Shown in pieces: positions 20,129 to 30,983 of a DNA stretch of 48,134 bases (the first letter of the stretch is position 1; every line of letters begins with the position of its first letter). The DNA comes from Folioceros fuciformis (taxonomy: Eukaryota). The notes under the pieces were generated by a model. The model ran no database searches and had not been told where the DNA came from. It was given only the letters and a program-made list of their open reading frames with translations. Made by a program: the position numbers and the translations under genes. The DNA lies in the NCBI GenBank assembly GCA_049999805.1, contig JBNGIO010006336.1, forward strand, positions 283,347 to 331,480, in the 5' to 3' direction.

Positions 20129-21726
20129 ATGGCGATGGCGGGAAGTGCCGTATTGCAGACGCAGGTTGTGGAAGCGAGGCTGCGATCCGCTTCTTCGGCT
20201 GCGTTCGGAACGCGAATCGGAGCCGGCGGCGTGCAACCTGCTCCGCGGCTGAGGCTCAAGGTTGCCCCTTCCCGCTATGGCTGCGGCAAGATTGTGGCCA
20301 CCACGGCCGTACCTCCCGTGTGAGTGCCGCGCGAGTGAGTGAGCGAGTGATTGCAATTTTTGTGCCGGCGCAGACGATGCTGTGCTCATTCCTGGAGCTG
20401 GATTTGCATTTGGAACGCTTGCAGGACGGAGACTGGTGATGTGCCGCGGAAATCGGCCAGGGAGGGACTGGCCCCCGCGGACCGCACGAAGCAAGTGCTG
20501 CATTCCATGCCGCCCGAGAAAGTGGAGCTGTTCCGGTCTTTGGAGCCCTGGGCCGAGGAAGAGCTCCTGCCGCAGCTGAAGCCCGTGGAGAAGAGTTGGC
20601 AGCCGCAAGATTTTCTGCCAGATCCTTCCNNNNNNNNNNNNNNNNNNNNNNNNNNNNNNNNNNNNNNNNNNNNNNNNNNNNNNNNNNNNNNNNNNNNNNN
20701 NNNNNNNNNNNNNNNNNNNNNNNNNNNNNCCTCTGACTCGTTTTTGGAAGAGGTGCGGGAGCTGCGGGCGCGAGCGTCGCATTTGCCCGATGATTACCTG
20801 GTTTGTCTCGTGGGAGACACCATCACGGAGGAGGCCCTACCTACATACCAGACTATGTTGAACACTCTGGACGGGGTAAGAGATGAGACAGGTTCCAGCT
20901 CTACACCTTGGGGACTGTGGACGCGCAGTTGGACTGCGGAGGAGAACAGGCATGGCGACCTGCTCAACAAGTATCTTTATCTCACCGGTCGTGTGAATAT
21001 GAGACAAGTGGAGAAGACGACGCAGTACCTGATTGGATCTGGCATGGTATGTTTGTCGCTTGGATTCTTGCGTGCTGCAAATGCAGAAGCCTAGGTAGCC
21101 ATCACGATTCTTGACTCTGCAAACCCCTTGGTTGTTTTTTGTTTTCGCCTCTGCAGGACCCGCAGACGGAGAACAATCCCTACTTAGGATTCATCTACAC
21201 CTCCTTCCAAGAACGAGCCACCTTCATATCCCATGGCAACACGGCTAGGCATGCTAAAGAGCACGGAGACGCAAAGCTAGCGGTCATTTGCGGAACTATT
21301 GCCGCGGATGAGAGACGACATGAGGTTGCGTACACCAAGATTGTATCCAAGCTTTTTGATTTGGACCCTAGCGGAACCATGCTCGCCTTTCAAGACATGA
21401 TGAAGAAGAAAATCTCCATGCCTGCACATCTTATGTATGACGGAGAGAGCCACACTCTATTCGAAGACTTCTCCTTGGTAGCACAGAGAACAGGGGTTTA
21501 CACGGCCAGGGACTACGCGGACATCATGGAACACCTGGTGAAATCGTGGCGTGTGGAGGAGCGAGTAGGCCTTTCCAGTGATGCACAACGGGCTCAGGAC
21601 TTTCTTTGTAAGCTGCCTCCTCGCATCCGAAAGTTGGCTGAGCGTGATCAAGTGCTGAAGGCCAACAAGGGCTCCAGGACTGCCAAGTTCAGTTGGATCT
21701 TCAACAGGGAAGTGCAATTGGTGTGA
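20129..21726 (+). CDS. SAD: Plastid stearoyl-ACP (delta-9) desaturase, three exons, interrupted by a 100-N gap
   Basis: Transit-peptide-like exon 1; [89 protein letters not shown] di-iron motifs; ends [12 protein letters not shown]. Confidence 0.95.
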
Positions 21727-22676
21727 GAGCTGTGCCAGCGAGCACAGCTTGCGAAATTGGAGGTTGGCAGTTGCATCTTCACACTGTCTTCCTTCGTGGA
21801 CGTACTGAGCTTTCTGAGAGATGTTTGAGAGCTTTCTTTTTGTTTTGAACTTCCAAGGCTGGGCTGCGTAGATTCGAACACTCATCAGGTTTGTTGGTCC
21901 CTTTCAAACCGAAGGTCATAAGAACGCGTGATGCCTATTAGTACGTGAGTAGTATGTAAGCTTCACGTGATTCTGTGAAGCACCCTTGGGGAGCTGCGAC
22001 GAAGCAAGCAAAAGGAGTCTTTGAAAGTGCACCTGCAATCTGAAGCCTTGTGTGCGTGGATATACTTCCCGGATCTCTGTCTTACATGCATTTGTACTTG
22101 ACTCGTGAAAGGACTCTTGGTACTTGGCTACAATGGAAATGAAAGGTTCCAGTCATCTGCATCCGCCTCGGGCGGGGGGCTCGCTTGTGGTCTGTTGATC
22201 GGTGACCCAGGGGCTCCTACTATCGTAAGCTATCATTTAAAACGCACAGACCGTACATGAGTTCACCCTTGCTCATTAAAAAACATGATAGTCCTCGGTT
22301 AGTTGAGCGGGATGCTCGTTTCCCGGGACAAAGGGGCAAAATCCTTTCCGAATGGTTTATCGCTCATGGAATCGAACGTCGTGATTAGGAGGCTTGGATT
22401 GGTACTTCAAATGACGGGGTTGCATTTTATGGTACAGGAGTCCTTGAGTGGAAAAATCCGTCCTATTCATCTATGTATTTATTTATTTCGTTCGGTTAGC
22501 GAGTTCCGAGGAAGACGAGAGGATCTAGCCAACCAGGGCAGCTGTGTAGAACCGAAACAGTAGCGAAAAACCCTGCATGCCCGAAGCACACGTATCCCAT
22601 ACATACGTATAAATAGAACGACTGCGACTTGGCAAACTCCCTTGACGTTCGTTCCCTGGAGACTAGGAAAGCCAAG

Positions 22677-25600
22677 ATGGCGTCTAGAGACGATGACGAG
22701 CATGAGGAGGTGGTAGAGGAGCAAGAAGAGCGGGAAGGGAAAAAGCAAGAGGACCAGGAAGAGGAGGAGGTAGAGGCAGAAGAAACGCCGTCTCGAAAGC
22801 GGAAGAAGCAGAAGGCTCCAGCTTATGTTCACGACGCGGCTGAGGAGGATGACGATGAGGAGGAGGAAGAAGAGCGAGCCAGGAGGAAACGTCGAGTGCG
22901 GCGCGCCTCAGAATTCATCGATGACGCAGCCATTGATGCCAGTGACGAGGAGGAGGAGGAGCTAGACGAAGAAGAAGAAGGTCCCGGGCTGTGACAGCTA
23001 GCGCCCCGCCTTCGCTCGCCCGGAACGGGGCGGCCGCTGCCGTGTCACGGGATGGAAGAAGCGGCCTGATTCCTGCCTCTGCTGCAGGTTTCCTGGACGA
23101 CGGAGGAGCTGAGCTGTCGGGAGACGAGGAGCCTGCCCGACGCAGGCCGCACCGGATGCTGCTGCCTGACGACCAGGAGGAGGAGGAGGACGTCGAGGAT
23201 TTGGAAAATTTCATCAGACAACGGTACCACGGTTGCCAATCCTACGAGGAGGATGAAGAGGAAGTACCCATGGTGTTGGAGCAGCAGGCTCTGCTGCCGT
23301 CGCTCACGGATCCCAAGCTGTGGATGGTCAGATGCAAGGTAAGAGATGGTGGCGTTTGGCTGGGATTTGCGGAGTGAAGGACCAGCCTGAGGGAGTTTCT
23401 GAGAAGTCGTGACGCCCGTTCTGTGTGCAGGCGGGACATGAGCGTGAAGCTGTTGCTTGCCTCATGCAGAAGTCCCTGAATCTGAAACGGCAGGGCGAAC
23501 CACTGGCCATCACGTCTGCCATTGCGCGTGACAATGTCAAGGGATATTTCTACGTGGAGTCGGAAAAAGCGGCTTACGTGAGGCAGGTGTGCGCCTTGCA
23601 AGTCCGGCCAGCTCATGCTCTCGGTCGGTAGGTGGATGCTTGTGTGGAGGGAGTAGGTGATAGTGTTGTGATGTTGTGGATGGCAGGCAATCAAAGGCAT
23701 GAGGATGATTTTGCAGGGCAAAGTCGCGCTCGTTCCCATCAAGGAGATGGTAGACGCGCTGAAAGTGGACAAGAAGACCATCGATACTGCCAACAGTAGC
23801 TGGGTCAGGATAAAGGGTGGCAAGTACAAAGGTGACCTGGCGAAGGTGGGGTGGTTGGTCTCCTTTCCTTATTACGCTGCATTTCAAAACAGCGGGTCAC
23901 AATCAGATTGTGTATTGCTGGAATCAGGTAGTGAATGTGAATCATGCGAAGCAGAGGATGAGGGTTATGCTGATCCCCAGACTTGATCTGCAAGGTCTTG
24001 CTGCTAAGCTCCAGGTAAGGCGTGTGCCTACGAATTGGAGGTATTTTGTATTGCTCTCTTCACTCGAGACAGACCCTTCACTACCCTTACTGCAAATGCT
24101 TCGTTTCAAAATTGCCTTGCAGGATACTGGAGGGCACAGGTACAGAACGAAGACTTTGATACCGGCTCCACGACTCTTGAGCGTTGAGGAGCTGAAGTAG
24201 GCCACCCCACCCTATCTCTGCACTCTCTCTGCCTAACTTGTTCGCGCAGCAGGTTCAAGCCGCTGTGTCAACCTGATTCAAACCTTTGCTGCTGTGCAGA
24301 GATATGAAATTCTCTGTGGAGCGTAGGCGTGATAGATGGACAGGAGAACTCTTTCATGTTTTCAATGGATTGACTTTTAAGGATGGTTACCTCTACAAGA
24401 TGGTCTCTCTGAATTCTGTGGATAGGACTGTGATCCCGACTTTTGATGAGCTGCAGAAATTCCACAAACCTGGAGAAGATATCAGTGTAGATGCCCTGGG
24501 GCTTCCTTCAGCCCTTTCCTCAAAGCGAATGGGCAAGTTGGTCAAAGGCGATCCCGTTGTGATTATCGAAGGAGACTTGAAGAATTTGCTGGGATATGTG
24601 GAAGAGACTCATGGAAACATTTTACACATTCGTCCAAAGGATTTGTCGCTAAAGGTAATTTATGTTCCCGAATTCTATTATATTATTTTGATTTTGGTTT
24701 CCAAGTTTGTGTTCGTTTTTCGAGGAAGCCTAGACGCCTACCGCTGCTGTGACAAATTTTTCAGAATCCAAAAGGTGGTGGACTAGCCACTTAGTCGTCG
24801 TACGATCGACCATCTTTAGTTCGGCCAACAGGGACCGGGGCGTTTCCACTAGTATGCAGGATCCAGCAGATTGGTTGACACGGTATTTCACTCCCCTGTG
24901 ATGTGACAGGAAACAATTGCTGTGAATGAGTCACAAGTGCGTAAATTCATCAATACTGGAGATCATGTGAAGGTGATCAGAGGGGTTCATTTAGGATCTA
25001 CTGGAATGGTGGTAAAGGTGAACCACCCTTCAGTGTTTCTTCTGACTGATACCACAAAGGAGGATGTAAGTGACGCTGTGGACCATTGGGATTTCCGTGT
25101 TCACGGCATGTGGACTTAAGATCTGGATCCAATAATGCTCGTGGAATGCTCCGACAGATTCGAGTTTTCACATCTGATGTACTGAAGAGCTCAGAGGTCA
25201 CAACAGGCCTTTCGAAGTTGGGGGATTATGAGACACATGACCTTGTTCTACTGGAGTAAGATGATGTTTTGCATGCATTCCAGTAATTGCCAAAATTCCG
25301 ATATCCTCTGATGAAGAACTGTTGTTTGGTTTTGTTGGGCAGTCAAGGCACTGTGGGTATCATCATTAATGTAGAGCCAGATGGTTGTCAGGTATCAAGA
25401 AAATGTGAAGCACTGCTTCTTGCTACTTGCCCCTCAAGGTTTTCTGTTGAATCCTATGATTGAGTCTTGTATTGTCATGGACTGACCCTTCGCAGATTCT
25501 GAAGGGCAACACCGAAAAGGCAGAGGTGATAACAGTTAAGGAGAGAAATATCAGGAAGAAAATCTATGACAGACGGGCATATGCTGCCGATAAGGACGGG

Positions 25601-28514
25601 AATATGATCAGTGTGAAAGACATTGTAAGAGTGCGTGATGGCTGCCACAAGGTACTTCTTTGCCTAACGCAAGCTGTGAGTGTTCACTTCTGGTAGACAT
25701 CAGTCTCCAATCTTCTGTCTTGCTTTAGCTGATGCAAGTGATGTACAGGGTAGACAAGGGCCGGTAGTACACATAAACCGTGGCATCTTATTTATATACG
25801 ATCGACATGGTTTAGAGAACGGTGGCTTCTTTTGTGTGCAATCACATAGCTGTGCTGCACTTGGTGGTACGAGAATGGGGAAAGAGCGGCTGGTAAGTCC
25901 TTCGTTATGTGTGTTAAGCGTGCTGAAGATGCTGCGCAAACACTGTTGGCCGTTCTGTTCGGACCCTAATGATGTCTGAACTTGCTTTGTTGATTCCATC
26001 GGGGTTTGGTTTTGACGACGCTGACTGGATCGGATTGGCATTGGGAAAATGTGTCTGCAATTCAACGTGTCTGCAACTCTGGACGGTCTTGAAGAAATCC
26101 GTCACCTCAACCTTCAGCGACCAACATCCTCCATCTTACTGCCTTAATTTGCCGCGACGACCTCCTGTGCCGGATGTTTATCAACCTCTTACCGGTAGGT
26201 TGAGTGGATTTCAACTGGTCTTCTGCAGCCACTTATGATGTGCCTACATGGACCAACTTTTTTGACATAAAAATTGTCTGCACGGTTCGGAGGATGTCAT
26301 GGTGGCCGAAATAGGGGCCATTCTCTAAGGGATGAAGGGCTACTTGGGAGCACAGCCAAAATAAGATCGGGGCCCTTCAAAGGTTGCCGAGGCATTGTAA
26401 AGGATGCCACGAGCACCACTGTTCGAATTGAGTTAGAGTCTCAAATGAAGGTAGTTACAGGTAAGCTTTTGTGTCGTCCTTCGAGTGTTTGTCCAAGAAG
26501 TGTTCAAAACTCTCATCTGCCTAATTCTGAGGTGCTGTTTATGTCGGATTTTGTGTCTGAGCCTGATGTTTGGCAGTGCGTAGAGATCAGGTCTCAAACA
26601 TTGGTGACGTGCCCATGGCTTCGACCACCTTCGGGTATGTGCTACTGTGATGTAGTGCTAGGCAAAAGCTCGGAAGGATCTCTTGTCGGAACCGTTTTCA
26701 TCCTCTAGGTTATACTTGCAGGGACTCACCTAGATATGGACTTGGTAGTGAAACGCCTTGTCACCATTCCAGGACACCCATCCATCCAGGCTCCTTCGTG
26801 ACTCACAAGCGGGATCCATCAGGTGAGCGTGCTCAATTTTGTTGTGTCGACATAGCGTTGCCTATGTATGATCATGGTGTGATATTCCTTATCTCACAGC
26901 AACCCCCATTCACGAGGGTATGCGGACGCCAATGCTGGGTAGAGCTTGGAACCCACATGCGCAACTGACTCCTTTGAGGTTTGTATTCCTAGCATCTTCA
27001 GGGTAATGGACCCATATTTTGTACAGCATTTCCCTCTTGCTGACTGTACACGTCGAGTCTGCGGCTCGTAGCCTGCTGGTCCATCGGCTGGTTTGTGTCA
27101 TCTGTGCATGCCTCTCCTAGGAACTGTAAGGCTGCCTGACTGTAGAGTGTCGTTGAGTCAGATTCTTAACAAGTGCTGATCTCAAGTGTGTATCTCTATC
27201 CTATGTCTGTCCTCTGATGTAAACTCAAAACTGGTGATCTTGGAACATAGAGTGGTGGCAGGCTCCCATGACCCTCCCTTTTGCTCTCGTTGTTTATTTT
27301 CTCTCCCCACCCCCCTATGGTCTTGCGTCTTGTAAGTCAGGGACCACCTGCCACTAACCGCTGATGCTCCAGCTATGAGAGCTGAGGACAAAGTCAGGAT
27401 TAAAACTTGGATTATGCTTTGTTGGCACCTAGGCGGCACCAATTTGTTGAGACCGGGTTTGAGTGTCTGTGTTGGTTTTGAGCAGGGATAATTCTTGGGA
27501 TGATTCCAATTCGAGCACATGGAACGCCTGTACACCACGTAGTCAGGTGCCACACATTACGCTGGGAATCACGTTATCAGGTATAATGTCTGTCTGCGAC
27601 CACCTGGGTGATCATAATTGTACTTGTATTTGCAACAGCCTGGAACACCTGGTGCGAGTATACCTGGACCGAGCTACAAGGGAGCTAATCCTGAAAGTTC
27701 TTTGAGCAGTTACGGTACAGCTCTATTCAGTTTCCTATGCTTCAGCCTGGCGACTTCCTTGCCTGGCAGAGAATGCTTTCTGATGCCTCTACTTAACGTG
27801 CGTGTTTGCATTCAGGAAACGGTCCAAGTGGACACATGTCAGGGCCTGGTGGTCCACCCATGACGTGTGGTGCCCCGACTTTCCACCTCCCTGGTACTTC
27901 TGGTCAGCCAATGACTACAGGCACAGGATCTGTGGAACCTCTATCACCAGTATCAGGTTGGTTTCTCGTCAGTTACGGGAAGTGTGGGAAAATGGGGTTG
28001 GAATGCTGCTGAAGCGTATGCGGTGATTTGTCCAACAGGAATGAGCAGCCACGATGCAGAGGGGAGGTGGGGACTTCCAGACATTATGGTTATGGTTTGC
28101 CCGCATGGTGTCGGAGTCATTCGCGAAGTCTTGACGGTGAGTGACTTGCAGTATTGCACGCACGTTATTCATGCATGTGATCCCTCTTCGGTGGAGAAGA
28201 TGACAGTTTGCACTCTGCGGTACAAACAGGATGGCAACTGCACCGTGCAACTGGGAACGGCTGGTGATGGTGAGATCATCATTGCAAGCCACACGGAAAT
28301 GGTAGGAGTATCACCAGACAGCACAGACACGGTGAAAATTGTCTTGGGCGAACTTCGAGGCAGCGTTGGGAAGTTAATCGGCGTGGATGGCGCTGATGGA
28401 ATTGTGAAGCTAAATTCGTCAGATGTAAAGATCCTTAATATCAGTCAGCTGGGAAAAATGTTGGCTACACCCTGTGACCCATCCACGACTCTTCTGCCGT
28501 GTCAGCGGAAGTAG
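22677..28514 (+). CDS. SPT5: Transcription elongation factor SPT5, divergent tandem copy A
   Basis: Acidic N-terminus, NGN domain (QQALLPSLTDPKLWMVRCK, GYFYVESEK), KOW domains (WVRIKGGKYKGDLAK, LMLIPRLD-type, GDHVKVIRG, KIRSGPFKGCRG), eroded CTR and C-terminal KOW (GKLIGVDGADGIVK). Exon structure is colinear with copy B. One acceptor reads AC instead of AG (26282-26283). Confidence 0.88.
24674..24852 (+). mobile_element. Putative non-autonomous Helitron in an intron of SPT5 copy A
   Basis: Segment absent from the matching copy-B intron. It begins TCTATTATATTAT and ends with an imperfect GC hairpin followed by CTAG|T. Similarity to copy B resumes right after it (GCAGGATCCAGCAGAT vs GTAGGATACAGCAGAT). 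Confidence 0.45.
27208..27390 (+). ncRNA. Intronic box C/D sno/scaRNA (SNORD97/SCARNA97-like), predicted guide for Cm34 of pre-tRNA-Met(e); copy A
   Basis: Terminal stem TGTCC/GGACA; box C CTGATGT (27214-27220); internal hairpin AGTGGTGGCAGGCTCCC...GGGACCACCTGCCACTAACCGCT around a pyrimidine-rich loop; C' CTGATGC; guide AGCTATGAGA(G); box D CTGA (27382-27385). Conserved with copy B. Confidence 0.8.
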
Positions 28515-29008
28515 AGCACCAAGCGGAGAGAGAGGAAGCGTGACGTCCAGCGCCTCATCGACGAAGCCTTCCACTTGGATTCCAGGAAACGATCAGTCAC
28601 TTAACCCACCAAGGTCCGAACCCCACATGGGGTCGGAACCGCACAGCGTGTTCCGAAAATTATAGGAGTTTGCTAAGTAGGCCCCAAAGTAAATTTATTC
28701 TTGACAGCAAGTATCTTTAATTCTTTAAATAAAAAACAAATCAGCGTAGTTGCGAGACTCTTTTCCAGCGGATTGCTATGCGCGATGTTTTCGTTGACGT
28801 GATTTTCCTTTACCAAGGAGAGTGATTTTCCTTGACCAAGGGGACTGGCTTTTTGACTGACACCACGACCTATAGATAGTTATGTCTAAGGACTCACATG
28901 GACACAATTATTGAAGGACTAAAACACACTCTTCTAAACCTAGCTTAGCACATTCTCCCCTTGTACTTGGCTCTCTATTCTGAAAGTTGTAACATCATTC
29001 GAGAGCTA

Positions 29009-29348
29009 AGATGCATACACAATAGCAAGCATAGAAATCTCAATCCTAGAGGTGCATACACAACAACAAGCATAGGAGTCTTAATCTTAGTTGAGGTGCA
29101 TACACAACAACAAGCATAGGCATCCAAAACCTAACCGAGGTGCACACACAACAACAATCACATGCATATGAGATATAAATGAGGTGGATACACGACAATA
29201 AGCTTAGGAATCTCAGACCTAATCGAGATGCATACACAACAACAAGCTCATGCACCTCAACCTAATTGAGGTGGATACACAACAACAAGCCTAGGAATCT
29301 CAAACGTAACTAAGATGCATAGACAACAATAAGCACAAGAATCTCAAT
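29009..29348. repeat. Degenerate ~44-bp minisatellite, about 8 copies
   Basis: Units resembling AGGTGCATACACAACAACAAGCATAGGAATCTCAATCCTAATTG between the SPT5 copies, followed by a very AT-rich tract. Confidence 0.8.
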
Positions 29349-30983
29349 CCAACACACACTACATCGATAGATCATCATAGCTTTGTTGATCCCAAGCTAG
29401 TTGATTGATTACAAATACAAAGAAGAAGAGAGAAATAGCAAGGACTTGTAGCTATGAAGCTTCTTTAGTGGAAAAGAGGCAAGGTCTTGTCCATTCCTTC
29501 ATTCTTGTGTACAGAGCAATGCTCTTTATATTGTAGTTGAAGGAGGTTTCTAAAATTACAAATGTCTTGAGACCATTGTTACCCTTTCACATGCTATATC
29601 CTACTTAGCCTAGAGGACCATATGGCACCAAGCTTCATTAGCTTCATTGCTTGTTGTGAATAGTTCAATTAAAATGAGCTAGCCATGCAATTCACTTCAT
29701 GCACTTGCAACAACTAGTGGACGAGTCTACGATTCAATGGCATTGAACGATCCCCAATTTTAGAAGGCTAGGCCAAACCACAAGAAGATACACCCTCTTG
29801 TTGGATACAATGACTAATTTGAGCTAAAATTGAAACCATATTTATTTAATTATGATAAAAAGAGTAGGTGCAATGTTAGGATTTGAGATCCATGTTCTTT
29901 TCAAAGTTACGTAGCCACAATGAATGACTTCTTTCCATGACTTCTAGTATGACAAAAAGTATTTCACCAAATCATTTGCAAAGAGAATTTTTAACATTCA
30001 TCTTTTCTTTTATGGTTTTGCTGAAAAAAGAAGTAGTATTCAAATAATTAAAATTAATTTTTTTTTTGTCTCACATAATTTCTCTTAACTTAAAATAAAA
30101 CATTTTCAATTCGATAAAAAAAACCAATAATTTTAAGGGTTTAAAATTAATTTACCTTGGAATGCCTTTTAAATCAAGAAGTTCAAATTGTTCACGAGTT
30201 AAAGAAATGATAAAATATTAAGAATCAATTGAAGGAGTTAAAAAAAAAAAAGTGAAATTATAAATATGTAAGGCATGGCTTTTCTTTATACCTTTAAAAA
30301 TTTGCAAACCACTAACTTTACGATTACATCACAATCCACCGCAAACAAATTCACAAATTTTATATTAAAGCATAATGTAAACAAGAGGTATAAGTTATAG
30401 TATAACTTTTAAAAAATGAATGATAAATAATTTATAAATAAAACTATATAAAAGATGAAAATTGGATGAAAATTGTATCTAAATCTACCCCAAGGATGAA
30501 GAGGAACAAGTGAAAGAAAGCCAAAAGCCAGAAAGGGACTTATCAAGGAGTGTTTGCCATTCCCAAAACTACCTAGGGTTTCATGGCTGCAATGCGTGCA
30601 TTACTGAATGCCGATGATCCAGGTGAGGTGAGGGAACTCCAAGGAGAAGAAGGTTTGGTGCAGACTGTGCAACTATGGATGCTGCGACTTCACCCGCCCA
30701 GGACCTAAAACTCCAAGACCAAGCTTCATGGTGGAGCCGACATGGGCAAAAGGCAGCCTCTGTGCAACCATGGATGCTCGCGACTTCCCCGGTCCAGGAC
30801 CTAAAACCCCGAACCAACCTAAGTTGTAACGTGTAGGATAATACCGTCGCAACGTCTGTTTAGGAGCAAGCGGAGCTTAAAATTTCTGCCTCTGGGCGGT
30901 AGGTGCCCGTTGCTGTACATCCGGGCGGCCATGGGGGTAGAAGCTCTTGGTCTCTGAGTGTGCGTGAGTCTGACGGAGCAGGA

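Noticed and set aside
27231-27250. D'-side sequence TGATCTTGG as a possible U2 snRNA guide
   Set aside because: Pairing is short, does not extend to the D' box, and is not conserved in copy B.
29009-29348. CRISPR-like appearance of the repeat arrays (also 46905-47610)
   Set aside because: Head-to-tail degenerate units with no unique spacers, no cas genes, and a eukaryotic context.
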